Shown here: positions 1 to 9,319 of the stretch, piece after piece
Numbering within the stretch: the stretch's first letter is position 1
Layout: every line of letters begins with the position of its first letter
Origin: an uncultured Gammaproteobacteria bacterium
Lineage (GTDB): Bacteria > Patescibacteriota > Patescibacteriia > Veblenbacterales > UBA10138
DNA length: 64,000 bases
Direction of reading: 5' to 3'
Assembly: GCA_964453605.1 (NCBI GenBank)
Contig: CAYVOI010000001.1
Coordinates: 804,095-868,094 of the forward strand
Translations under genes and position numbers: made by a program
The notes under the pieces: model-generated
Told to the model about the DNA's origin: nothing
Seen by the model: only the letters and a program-made list of their open reading frames with translations
Database searches by the model: none

Positions 1-1351
1 TACCCCTGCTGGTTACCACAAATATGCGCTCAGGACTTGTACTCGTAACTGCCACGGCCACTTCAGTACCAACACCCCCACCTCCAGGCACGTTGCTGCT
101 AAAACTACCGCTGGCTAGGTCGTTAAAACTTCCGTTGGAGGTATCAAAATACCGGGGGGGGTCGCGTACGACTCCGCTCGCGACGGGTTGTAAACCATAG
201 ATATGCTGGACCGTGGCTGATACATTAATGCCTGATAAATTAGCATCCACAAACGAAGTAGAGCACGTACCGCCGAGGTATGCCCAGGAACTCGACGCCG
301 CCGTAAACTTCATGAGCTTATGACCGTTGCAGCTACCAACAGTTGTAGCCGGGTCTATGGAATACGCATTGCCCGAACTATCAACCCACAGCGCCGCGGT
401 GGCGCCGAAACTGGCTGAGGGGTTGGCAGACGTGGTCCAGCCAGGATTTGTTTTGCTGAGCAGCTGGCCCCCGGGGCCAATCGCCCTGCCGAAGCTGCCG
501 TCGGCCGTAAAAAATACCCGGTTTATGCTACCGCAGGCAGCGCTCCAGCTGGTGCCGGTGCAGCCGGCTAAGCTGATGGTGTTGCCCGCGGGCGAGGGCA
601 GGGGGGCGTCCAAGGTCCAGGTGCTTGGATTAATCAGGCCGGTAGTTTGTATGGTAATAGCCCGGTCTACAAACAGTTCGTTGGTTACTTCCACGTTGCC
701 GCTGGTGTTCAGGTTGTTGATGGGCCCAACGTGCAGGGTGTCGCCGCTCACGTAGTCCCACAGCGTGTTGCCCCCGGCGCCTTGGGGCCAGGCGGTAATG
801 CAGTTGCTAGGGCCCAGGCAGTACTGGCCGGCAATAAGGGTGGCCCAGCTGTTCAGGTGCTTGCTCCAAAAGCCGAACTGGTCCACGTTGTTAGCCACCA
901 ACCCCACCAGGTTGTTGGCCGAGCCGCCAATGGCTGCGGTGGTGACGTTGAAGATAATAGAGTCGCGCCCGGTGGTACCGCCTAGGGTGGAGGGGTCAAG
1001 GTACAGCGCGACGGGCGCCAGGGTTTTTATTTGCTGGCCCGTGCTGTCGATGTCCCACTGGAAGGGCGACACCCACTGGTTACTAAGCCAAGCGCGAAAG
1101 GTATTGGCGCAGCTGTTGTAGTAGAGCGCGCCGTTGGTAGCGCCCGGGGCCACCGCCGGATTAGCCGTGGTGCTGCAAGCCGCTTGCGCCGCCTCTACTG
1201 CCAATGGATTGGAAAACGAAACCAGCGTGCCGAGCTCACGCCACTGCAGCAGCGCGCCGTTGGTTTGCCACAAGCCTAGGCCAAAGGCGGCGGCCAGGGC
1301 CAGGGGCAGGGCGGTCAGTAGGTGGTAGGTAAAACGGCGCGGCCTAAACAT
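1..1351 (-). CDS. Secreted/surface protein, partial (runs off left edge)
   Basis: ATG at 1351, 3 bp after the stop of the 991-aa gene. Read manually as MFRPRRFTYHLLTALPLALAAAFGLGLW... (signal/TM) followed by Gly/Ser/Thr/Trp-rich beta-type sequence with no stop before base 1. Absent from the ORF track because it has no stop. Confidence 0.8.
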   Translation of the reverse strand, partial: MFRPRRFTYHLLTALPLALAAAFGLGLWQTNGALLQWRELGTLVSFSNPLAVEAAQAACSTTANPAVAPGATNGALYYNSCANTFRAWLSNQWVSPFQWDIDSTGQQIKTLAPVALYLDPSTLGGTTGRDSIIFNVTTAAIGGSANNLVGLVANNVDQFGFWSKHLNSWATLIAGQYCLGPSNCITAWPQGAGGNTLWDYVSGDTLHVGPINNLNTSGNVEVTNELFVDRAITIQTTGLINPSTWTLDAPLPSPAGNTISLAGCTGTSWSAACGSINRVFFTADGSFGRAIGPGGQLLSKTNPGWTTSANPSASFGATAALWVDSSGNAYSIDPATTVGSCNGHKLMKFTAASSSWAYLGGTCSTSFVDANLSGINVSATVQHIYGLQPVASGVVRDPPRYFDTSNGSFNDLASGSFSSNVPGGGGVGTEVAVAVTSTSPERIFVVTSRG

Positions 1352-1354
1352 AGG

Positions 1355-4330
1355 TTACTGGTTAACCACAAAGTTAGCGGTGGCGGTGGCGTTGCTACCG
1401 GGCATGGTGAAGGTGCAGGTGGAGGAGGCGTTGTCGCCGGTTTCCTGGCAAACCTTGCCCGCCGGCAGAGTCCAATCTTGAAAGGCCCAGCTGATATCGG
1501 CCGGTGTGGCTACCAAGGTCAGGCTAGTGCCTGAGGTAAAGCTGCCGCTGGCGCTGGTGTAGCTAACGCCGCAGGTAACGCTGCCGGTAATAGAACCACG
1601 GTTCACGAGGTGGGTAACGGTTAAGGTGAAGCTGGCTAGGCTGCTAAAGTTGGCGGTTACCGTAGCTGAGCCGGTGCCGGTGATGGTAGCGGTGACGGGG
1701 TTAGCTGTGCCGGTGGCGCCGCTAATGCCGCCGCTCTGCGTCCAGCTGGCAAAGGCGAAGCCGCCGCTGGCTGAGGCGGTCAGCTGCACCGTGGCTCCGC
1801 TCACGTACTGGCCGCTGGGGCAGCCGGTGGAGCTGGTGGGGCTAGCGGCCACGCTGCCGGAGCCCGCGGGGGCCACGCTGGTGGTAAGCGTGTAGCAGGT
1901 CAGCACCGTGAAGTTTGAGGCGCTGGTACCGGTGCCGGCGGAAGTGGTAACGCTGACGGGGCCGGTGGTAGCACCGCTGGGGACGGTGGCGGTAATGGAG
2001 GTGGCAGAGTTTACGGTGTAGCTGACTGCGCTGGTGCCATTGAACTTCACCGCCGTGGCGCCGCCAAAGTTGGTGCCGGTCAGGGCCACCGAGGTGGCAA
2101 CGCTGCCGGAGGTGGGGCTGAAGCTGGTCACGGTGGGGGGGCTGGGCGCCGTAGTGGTTACCGAGCCCGTGCCAGAGTAGGCGCCGTCGCCCGTGGCGTT
2201 GGTGCCGCGCAGGCGGTAGCTGTAGCTGGTACTGGCAGTGAGGCCAGAGTCGTTATAGCTGGTGCCGGTGAGGCCAGCCGCCACTTGGCTAAACGCAGAG
2301 CAGCCCGCACCTTGGCAGCGCTCTAGCTTGTAGCTTGCTGCCCCGCCGGTCGGCGCTACCCAGTTCACAGTTAGGCTAGTTTGACCAACGCTGGTAAAGG
2401 TGGGCGTGCCGGGTGCCCCGGGCAGGGTGAGGAAGGTGCCGTCGGGCGAGTAGCCCGTGCCCGCGCTGGAGCTGGCGTAGCCGCGGTAGATGTAGGTAGT
2501 ATTGGCGCTCAAGCCTGAGCGCGCCTGGGTAAAGGCGCCGGTAGTAGTGCCACCTTCAGCCACGCAATTGGTAGTGGGCGCGGCCGAGGTGCCGTAGCAG
2601 GTGCCGCGCGCCGTAATGGCCGAGCCGCCGTTTGATGTAATGGTGGCCCCCAGCGTCGCGCTGCTCGCCGTAACGCTGCCAGCGGTAGGCGAGGTCAGCA
2701 CCGGCACGGCGCCCGTGGTGGTAAAGGTGAGGAAGGCAGGGTTAGCGCTGTAGTACTTGGTGTTGTCCACCGTGGTAACAACGACACAGTAATCGTAGGT
2801 GGTGCTCGGTGTCAGGGCGGTGCTGTTGGTGGCCGAAATAGAACTATCTATAAACCCTGTAGTACCACCCATAAAGCTGGTGACTGCCTGACCAAACGAG
2901 CTCCAGTAGTTCACGCTAGGTCCACAGACTGGCCGGCTGCTGTCATTGAGGCCTTTGTAGAACACCGCCTGCTTAAGCGGCGAGTTGGTGCCGTTGGGGT
3001 TCACCCTGGCGTGCAAGGTAGCTTGGGTACTGGTGATACCATCAGCTGGGTCGAGAGTGATGGTAGGACTACCCGGAATGGTAAAGGTGGCGGTGACGGT
3101 GAGTGAGCTGGCTGGCATGGTGACCGAGCAGGTGGCGCCGCTGGAGCTGGTGCAGCCAGTCCAGCTGACAAAGGCCGAGCCAGCCGCGGCGGTGGCGCTC
3201 AAGCTGACCTGCTGCCCGCTGCTGTAGCTGGCGCTGCAGCCAGAACCTGAACCGGTGGTGCAGTTGATGCCTAAGGCAGTCACCGTGCCTGAGCCGCTGC
3301 CCTGCGGGGTGACGGTTAGAACATAGCCCGTGGCTTGCCAGCCGCGGAACGTCATAACGCCGTCGAGGTCAAACGTCGACAAGGGCCCGGTGGGGGTGGC
3401 CGCGGTAGCATCGGCTACTGCTTGCGAGCCAAGCGCCAGCTGCCCCGATGACGTGAGCACTAACTGGTTGCCGCTGCTGCTTTGCCATAAGCGAAACTGC
3501 TTGGTGCTGTTGTCCGAGTATAAACCCCAGTGTGACTCCGTGGCCCCGACAGTGGTGCTAAGGTCGAGCTCGGGGTTACCCGTGGAGTTGCTGAGGTAGA
3601 GGCGCGGCCCGGCGCCGGTGTCCCCTACCAGCGCCAGCTTGGTGCCGGCCGGGAACCCGGCGGTGCTGGGCGTTAGCGTACCCACCGCCACAATGCCCGT
3701 AGCGGTAGTTTTGAAAATGTTCGGCCCCGCACCTTCGAGCGACCACAGGCTGCTGCCCGCACTGCCTGGTGGGGTATCGAAGTTGGTCCAGTTGGTACTG
3801 CAATCGTTAGAGTACTGCAACTTGCTGTTAACGCCGTCGTACCTGACGCAGCCAGCCAGACCGGCGGCAGGGTCGTTGTCAACGCGTAACAGCCCACTGG
3901 CCACTGACACGTTACCCTCAAAGTACCCGGCCCAGGTGCCCACCCAATTCGGGCTGACCCAGGCTGGGTTGTTGAGCGACTTGCCGTAGAGCGCCGCCAC
4001 GGGCACGGCCGCGGAGCCCGCCACGCCGTTCAGCGCTTTAACTGAACTGGTGCCAGCTAGGTTAGACCAAAAAAATCCCTGGTCAGCGTACACCCAGCCG
4101 CCTTGGCCGGTCGCTGGGTCTTTGGTCAGGGAAATGTTGCCGTACTGGTTATCGGGTGCGGCAGAAGGCTGCAGCCAAACTGGCCCAGCCAGGTTGTTGT
4201 CTGTGGGGCAGGTAGCGCCGTTGGGGCAGGGAGGAGGGTTTTGCCAAGCGGCCAGCGCCACCACGCCTACCGTAATAAACGGTAGGGCAAAGAGCGAGGC
4301 CAGAAATAAACGGCGGAAGCTTTGACCCAT
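1355..4330 (-). CDS. Surface protein with divergent InlB B-repeat, fibronectin type III and IPT/TIG domains
   Basis: Signal peptide; LTVT..GSGSGTV...VSLSATAAAGSAFVSWTGC (B-repeat-like); LTVNWVAP...YSYRLRGTN (FN3); PTVTSFSPTSG...VKFNG (IPT/TIG). Confidence 0.85.
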   Translation of the reverse strand: MGQSFRRLFLASLFALPFITVGVVALAAWQNPPPCPNGATCPTDNNLAGPVWLQPSAAPDNQYGNISLTKDPATGQGGWVYADQGFFWSNLAGTSSVKALNGVAGSAAVPVAALYGKSLNNPAWVSPNWVGTWAGYFEGNVSVASGLLRVDNDPAAGLAGCVRYDGVNSKLQYSNDCSTNWTNFDTPPGSAGSSLWSLEGAGPNIFKTTATGIVAVGTLTPSTAGFPAGTKLALVGDTGAGPRLYLSNSTGNPELDLSTTVGATESHWGLYSDNSTKQFRLWQSSSGNQLVLTSSGQLALGSQAVADATAATPTGPLSTFDLDGVMTFRGWQATGYVLTVTPQGSGSGTVTALGINCTTGSGSGCSASYSSGQQVSLSATAAAGSAFVSWTGCTSSSGATCSVTMPASSLTVTATFTIPGSPTITLDPADGITSTQATLHARVNPNGTNSPLKQAVFYKGLNDSSRPVCGPSVNYWSSFGQAVTSFMGGTTGFIDSSISATNSTALTPSTTYDYCVVVTTVDNTKYYSANPAFLTFTTTGAVPVLTSPTAGSVTASSATLGATITSNGGSAITARGTCYGTSAAPTTNCVAEGGTTTGAFTQARSGLSANTTYIYRGYASSSAGTGYSPDGTFLTLPGAPGTPTFTSVGQTSLTVNWVAPTGGAASYKLERCQGAGCSAFSQVAAGLTGTSYNDSGLTASTSYSYRLRGTNATGDGAYSGTGSVTTTAPSPPTVTSFSPTSGSVATSVALTGTNFGGATAVKFNGTSAVSYTVNSATSITATVPSGATTGPVSVTTSAGTGTSASNFTVLTCYTLTTSVAPAGSGSVAASPTSSTGCPSGQYVSGATVQLTASASGGFAFASWTQSGGISGATGTANPVTATITGTGSATVTANFSSLASFTLTVTHLVNRGSITGSVTCGVSYTSASGSFTSGTSLTLVATPADISWAFQDWTLPAGKVCQETGDNASSTCTFTMPGSNATATANFVVNQ

Positions 4331-4502
4331 GACAAGCCAGCGGGGTAAACGCTTTAGAGTTTATGTGTATTATGTGGAGGTGTAAAACACTTTTGAAACC
4401 TAAGCTTTACAGGCAGGCTACAAGTTTCCTATACTAATTATAGCATAAACTTAGCCTTGGGGCAATGCCTCAAACCTAAACCTAGCTCTAGCTCACCGTT
4501 TT

Positions 4503-5063
4503 ATGGAACCTCAGGTACCACTGCCGATGTCGAGCAGCCCTAAGCTACCGCTACCATGGCTCGTGGCAGGGGTAGTGGTGGTGGCCGCAGCGATTGGCTA
4601 CTCCGTAGGCACGCTCAAACACCAAGGCACCGCCTCGCCCACCGCTGGCAGCGAGGTGAGCACGGTAGCGCCGACCAACCAGGAGGCAGTGGCGCCGTTC
4701 ATAGCTGAGGCGGTAACTGTGGGCGGTAAAACCGTTATCACCGGCACCATCAGCAGCCTCACCACCCAGGGCTTTGAGCTCCAGGTCACCAAACCCGTGG
4801 TGAACACGGCCACGCACGCGGTGGGCAGCGGCACCGTGTACTACAACGTTAAGCTTACCCCCCAAACCAAGCTCACGCAGTACGCCTTCGTGGGCGCCAT
4901 ACCGCCGCAGGGTGGCGAGCCCGAAATTAAACAAACGGTGACCAAGCTCACCGCCGCGGCGCTCAAAGAGGGCGAGGTCGCTACCGTAACCGGTAGCGAC
5001 AAGAGCAGTGGCGCCAACCTAGTAGCACTGGACGTGCGCATCACCAGCGTCGTAAAACAGTAA
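4503..5063 (+). CDS. Membrane-anchored protein with OB-fold-like (DUF5666-like) domain
   Basis: N-terminal TM helix; ITGTISSL...LKEGEVATVTG...LVALDVRI pattern. Confidence 0.6.
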   Translation: MEPQVPLPMSSSPKLPLPWLVAGVVVVAAAIGYSVGTLKHQGTASPTAGSEVSTVAPTNQEAVAPFIAEAVTVGGKTVITGTISSLTTQGFELQVTKPVVNTATHAVGSGTVYYNVKLTPQTKLTQYAFVGAIPPQGGEPEIKQTVTKLTAAALKEGEVATVTGSDKSSGANLVALDVRITSVVKQ

Positions 5064-5085
5064 CCCGCGCTGGAGCGGAGAGGCT

Positions 5086-5156
5086 AGCCGAACTGTCGGT
5101 TTTTTTGTTTGGTAACACAGTGCTGACCTACTGCCTGCAAGCAGCGGGTCAGCACC
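5086..5156. terminator. Intrinsic terminators between convergent genes
   Basis: GCCGA-actg-TCGGT followed by a T run, and a second hairpin GTGCTGACC...GGTCAGCAC. Confidence 0.55.
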
Positions 5157-5180
5157 TTGAAAACTACCACGCTCGGTGAG

Positions 5181-6482
5181 CTAGCTGGGCTGCTTGAACT
5201 CTTCTACGTGTACACTCACGTCTTTCGGCGCGCCCTTGTGGTAGACGCGCAAGGTTATGGTATCGCCCGGAACAAAGGGCGCTAGCAGGGTGGTGAGTGA
5301 GTGGTCGATGTCTACCTTTTGACCATTGAGGGAGAGAATAATGTCGTTCTCGACTAAGCCGGCTTTATCAGCCGGGCTACCCGGCACCACCGCCACCTCC
5401 GCCTGCGTGCTCCCTCGCACAATGAGCGCACCGTAGTCCACCGGCAGCTTCTGCGCCGCTGCCAGGTCGGGTGTTACGGTGACGTAGCGAATCCCGAGGT
5501 AGGGCCGCACAATGCGTCCGTTCTTCTGGTACGAGGCGAGCACGCGCTTGGCCACGTTCGAGGGAATAGCAAAGCCAATAAGCTGGCCCGATTGGTTGAC
5601 CGCCGTGTTAATACCAATCACCTGACCCGTCAGGTCCACCAGTGGACCACCTGAGTTGCCGGGGTTGATAGCCGCATCCGTCTGGAACACGCCCTCTAGA
5701 CTTTCAGACGAGCCTTGGTTGTCCCCTGCTACCACGTGACGGCTAAGCCCCGAGATAACACCTTTGGTAATGGTATTCCGGTACTCACCCAGCGCGTTAC
5801 CAATGGCAATAACCGTTTGCCCTAACACTACGCTGCTCGAGTCACCCAAGGTAACAGCCGGGAGTGTGGTGTCTTTCACCTGAACCAAGGCCAGGTCATT
5901 CACCGGGTCGCGGGCTACGACCGTGGCTGGCAGCTTTCGGCCGTCGTTGGTGAGCACCGTGTAGTCGGCCTCGGTATCACTGACCACGTGGCGGTTGGTA
6001 AGGATGAGGCCGGAACTTGTCTCCACCACAAACCCCGTACCGCCACCTATTTCCTGCTTGCCCTGGGGAGCTTGAGGCTGTTGCTGGGGCAATTGGCTCC
6101 CACCAAAGAAAAAGTTAAAGGGGGACTCAGGGCCGAAAAAATTATCAAATGGCATGGGGCCCGTGTTGTTGTACACCTTCGACAGGTCTTTCGAGATGAT
6201 GATGCTGACCACCGAGGGGGAAACTTTTTTGACTACATCAGCAGTGGCTGACTCTTCTTGTACTTTGACAGTGCTCCCAAGCGGCCGGTTAATGAGCAGC
6301 GTGCCGGCACCTGGAATTCCTTGGAGCACCGTGCCACCCCAGAGCAGCACCGCCGCTCCCCCTAAGGCGCCGCAGAGCAACGACACAATAACTGTTACCA
6401 CCAGCGAGCTGGTGGCAGCGCCGCGGGTATGCGAAGAGTGGGGCTTGCTGGCCTGATGTTCGCTTGGTTGATCGAGGAACAT
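5181..6482 (-). CDS. htrA: HtrA/DegP-family serine protease with one PDZ domain
   Basis: TM anchor; GTGF, LTNRHVV, DLA, QTDAAINPGNSGGPL; PDZ (GSPADKAGL). Confidence 0.95.
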   Translation of the reverse strand: MFLDQPSEHQASKPHSSHTRGAATSSLVVTVIVSLLCGALGGAAVLLWGGTVLQGIPGAGTLLINRPLGSTVKVQEESATADVVKKVSPSVVSIIISKDLSKVYNNTGPMPFDNFFGPESPFNFFFGGSQLPQQQPQAPQGKQEIGGGTGFVVETSSGLILTNRHVVSDTEADYTVLTNDGRKLPATVVARDPVNDLALVQVKDTTLPAVTLGDSSSVVLGQTVIAIGNALGEYRNTITKGVISGLSRHVVAGDNQGSSESLEGVFQTDAAINPGNSGGPLVDLTGQVIGINTAVNQSGQLIGFAIPSNVAKRVLASYQKNGRIVRPYLGIRYVTVTPDLAAAQKLPVDYGALIVRGSTQAEVAVVPGSPADKAGLVENDIILSLNGQKVDIDHSLTTLLAPFVPGDTITLRVYHKGAPKDVSVHVEEFKQPS

Positions 6483-6509
6483 AAAAATTCAAGCTAATGA
6501 GTGCGCACG

Positions 6510-6785
6510 CTACTTAAACAAGTCCTGTACATTGAACTTGTTGGGGTCTTTCATAATTTGTTGGTAGGTGCCCGTGAGCTGCTGGAGGTAGGGCTGCAGG
6601 TACCAATACGCTAACACCAGGGGAATAATAATGAGCAGCACCCGAACAAACCCAAAGACCTGCCCCCAAAAAATGTACCGCCGAGTTTTTTCCGTGGAGG
6701 TGTAGATAGCGCGGGCCAGGCGGAGGTTTTCCTCCAGCAGCGCTTTTACATCTGGGTTTTGGCTCTCGGCTGGGTTGAGTTCCAT
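6510..6785 (-). CDS. Small membrane protein
   Basis: 91 aa with one TM helix; extended -10 (TGgTATACT) just upstream. Confidence 0.75.
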   Translation of the reverse strand: MELNPAESQNPDVKALLEENLRLARAIYTSTEKTRRYIFWGQVFGFVRVLLIIIPLVLAYWYLQPYLQQLTGTYQQIMKDPNKFNVQDLFK

Positions 6786-6843
6786 ACGTTAGTCACCACG
6801 CAGTATACCATACGATGAGCGGGCTCTCAATGGTGCATTGCTT

Positions 6844-6867
6844 CACCACTTCTCTAGAGAAGTGGTG
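6844..6867. repeat. Perfect 24-bp palindrome related to the ACCCCGCACCACTT inverted-repeat family
   Basis: CACCACTTCTCTAGAGAAGTGGTG is its own reverse complement. Confidence 0.8.
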
Positions 6868-7144
6868 CAAGAGTCGCCACCCAGGCCTCCGCGGCTAGCA
6901 GTGCTCGTGTGCTCACGGGCTGGCGCTATGCAGAGCGGCCACAGCACGCGTCCAGCCTGACGTTCGCACCCTTCCGCTCTGCACGCCGCTCCGGCATGGT
7001 GGCAGAAAAATAAAAATTGTTAATAAAATTCCCCGCTCGCGAGAGCGAGGGTGGCACGACAAGTAAACGCCGTTGCTACCACTCTCCTCTCTCGCGAAGG
7101 AAGAGTCTTGCCCTCCCATCTTTTCGAAAAAAGATAGGAGGGTG

Positions 7145-7257
7145 AACCAGTATCCGGGCTCGCCCTCGGTTTACACCGAGAACACACCGTAGCGGGACTG
7201 CGCCGGACTCTCCACCCCTCGATTCGACTCGGGGTGAACCACCGTACTTCCCTGGTT
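7145..7257 (-). ncRNA. Cobalamin (B12) riboswitch aptamer
   Basis: Minus strand AACCAGGGAAGTACGGTG-[hairpin]-AGTCCGGCGCAGTCCCGCTACGGTG...GAGCCCGGATACTGGTT: GGGAA, CGGTG..TCCG, CCCGC.AC.GT and B12-box motifs in order, closed by AACCAG/CTGGTT. Hairpins and a U-rich tract follow at about 7005-7140. Confidence 0.8.
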
Positions 7258-7286
7258 TGCTGGCAAAAACTTACAAAAAACTGGAA

Positions 7287-7688
7287 CTACTTTTGTTTTA
7301 TTGCTAACACCTCAATCTCTACGTCGCAACCATCTTTAACCGTTTTTGAAATTTCCACCAATGTACTAACCGGTTTTGCTGTAGCAAAATATTTATTCCG
7401 TACCGCTGAAACCTCCGAGAACTTACTCATATCAGTTACATAAACCGTGGCTTTCACAACATCATCAAGAGCGGCCCCGCCCTCTTGCAGAATTTTCTGA
7501 ATGTTTTGAAAAATAAACTCGGTTTGAGCTGTAAAATTACCTGGCGCAACAGCGTTACCGTCCTTATCCATAGCAATCTGCCCCGTAACGAACGTGAGCT
7601 CGGCATCACCCACATCCACCTTAAGCCCGTGGGAATAGGCCCCTAGTACTTGGGTAAATTCCTTTGGACTGAGGGATGTTTTTTGCAT
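7287..7688 (-). CDS. ridA: RidA/YjgF/UK114 family enamine deaminase
   Basis: GAYSHG, FVTGQI, DDVVKATVYVTD, P.STLVEI, VEIEV motifs. Confidence 0.85.
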   Translation of the reverse strand: MQKTSLSPKEFTQVLGAYSHGLKVDVGDAELTFVTGQIAMDKDGNAVAPGNFTAQTEFIFQNIQKILQEGGAALDDVVKATVYVTDMSKFSEVSAVRNKYFATAKPVSTLVEISKTVKDGCDVEIEVLAIKQK

Positions 7689-7722
7689 ATGCGAGGGTAT
7701 TTAAAAACTTTACTCTGCATAC

Positions 7723-8223
7723 CTATACGTTACTTTTTGGTAGATAGGAAAGTATATCTGCAACGCAAGTGCCCAAGGGTTGAGCTGCGTCTATAGGCGC
7801 ACCAGCACTAAACTCGGTCGATTTTCTATACACTGCCCGAACAGCATCTTCGCCATGCGTTTTGCCCCTCTCACGGTCGCGCGCTATGCACATCTCTAAG
7901 GGCAGTTTGAGGGTAAAAACGAAATTTGGAAATTGCAACCGCTGTACTAAATCGTCCAGTTGTGACTGCCAGTAAAAGTTCCCATCAATAACTACCAACC
8001 TACCACGTTCTAAAACCTGTTGCGCTCGAGGGACCACGAGGGTATTAGCAGCAATAAAACTTTTTTGCGAAATGTACCCCGCCTCCAGGTCTTGTGTCCC
8101 TACCTCCGCATCAAGCACCCTATCGATAGAAATGTACTCTGCTTTAATTTCATCGGCAACTCTGTTGGCGATAGTCGTTTTTCCGGATGCTAGTGGACCA
8201 CGGACAATAACATAGTACGCCAT
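7723..8223 (-). CDS. P-loop nucleotide kinase-like protein (AAA_33 type)
   Basis: IVRGPLASGKTT Walker A; VVIDG; CIARDRER lid motif. Confidence 0.8.
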   Translation of the reverse strand: MAYYVIVRGPLASGKTTIANRVADEIKAEYISIDRVLDAEVGTQDLEAGYISQKSFIAANTLVVPRAQQVLERGRLVVIDGNFYWQSQLDDLVQRLQFPNFVFTLKLPLEMCIARDRERGKTHGEDAVRAVYRKSTEFSAGAPIDAAQPLGTCVADILSYLPKSNV

Positions 8224-8275
8224 ACGCCACTACCTCGGCTGCCACCTGATCTCTTTGCCTCCGGCTTTCATGACT

Positions 8276-9289
8276 TCAGGCCGCAGGACTGCTCGGCTGT
8301 GTATTTCCCCCACTGGCGCGGGCGTTTACCTCGTAGCTCGTGTTGGTAGCCTCAAAAAAGTTTACCAGTTCGTATACATCGGTAGCGGTGGACATCCACT
8401 TGGCCGGGTTCGTTACCTTAAAGTGTGGCGTGAGTCCCAGTTCTTCCAAACGCCTATCAGCCACGTACTGCACGTACTGGTTCACGTAGTCAGCATTGAG
8501 GCCCAAAATGCCGTTTGGAAAGAGGTCACGGTTGTAGGCGGTTTCCAGGCCCACGCCATCTATCACAATTTGCTTGATTTCGTCGGCAAACTCTTTCGAA
8601 ACCAGTTCACCATTCTCTTCCAACGTGGTGAGTACCAGCTGAATGCCGAACTTTAGGTGGAGCGACTCGTCGCGCAGCACCCAGTTGATCATGGAACCAA
8701 AATTCCTGAGCTTGTTGCGCTGCCGGAACGACAGCATGACCATAAACCCGCTGTAAAACCAAATGCCCTCCATAACAATGTTGTAGGCCACCAGGTTGCG
8801 AATGAAATCCTTTTTCCCTTCGGGGGTGGTGACATCATACGTATCCTCGGTCATACGCTTCATGTAGCGGCCAAGAAAATCCTCTTTGGCTTTCATGGTA
8901 GGGGTTTGCATGTGCGTGTCGTAGACTTTGCTACGATCAATCGGCAATGTTTCCAGCACATATTCGAACGCCACACAGTGGTTGGCTTCTTCCCACATTT
9001 GCTTAGCCAGGTACAGGTGGCACTCGGCTGACTTGAGGTAGGGGTACACGCCGAGTGCGAGTATGCGGTTCACAATGAGCTCAGCTGGGTTGAAGAACGA
9101 CATTACAAACTGCACGGCGAAACGCTCATCCTCCGTCATCTCGGCCCAGTCGTGCAAATCTTCTTTCAGCGGAATTTCATGCGGGTACCAGGTGTTGGCA
9201 ATCGCCTGGTCGTAGAGCTTCCTGGCCCACGGGTAGAGCGACGGGTGCAGGTTAAAGTCCTCAGGCGAAGCCTTGCCGATGAGTGCCAT
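8276..9289 (-). CDS. nrdB: Ribonucleotide reductase beta subunit, class Ic-like (R2c)
   Basis: Di-metal ligands E70, E101, H104, EGIWFYSGF, RDESLH; Phe108 at the radical-Tyr position; C-terminal NFFE...Y. Confidence 0.92.
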   Translation of the reverse strand: MALIGKASPEDFNLHPSLYPWARKLYDQAIANTWYPHEIPLKEDLHDWAEMTEDERFAVQFVMSFFNPAELIVNRILALGVYPYLKSAECHLYLAKQMWEEANHCVAFEYVLETLPIDRSKVYDTHMQTPTMKAKEDFLGRYMKRMTEDTYDVTTPEGKKDFIRNLVAYNIVMEGIWFYSGFMVMLSFRQRNKLRNFGSMINWVLRDESLHLKFGIQLVLTTLEENGELVSKEFADEIKQIVIDGVGLETAYNRDLFPNGILGLNADYVNQYVQYVADRRLEELGLTPHFKVTNPAKWMSTATDVYELVNFFEATNTSYEVNARASGGNTQPSSPAA

Positions 9290-9319
9290 AGGAGTGAAAT
9301 GAAGCTGTATCGGACGTTC

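Noticed and set aside
327-4325. Many plus-strand ORFs over the surface-protein genes (also throughout 21.5-32 kb)
   Set aside because: Antisense shadows of GC-rich Thr/Ser/Gly codons; no independent motifs.
6913-7119. 68-aa ORF below the riboswitch as its regulated gene
   Set aside because: It runs through the expression-platform hairpins and U tract and has no protein-like features.
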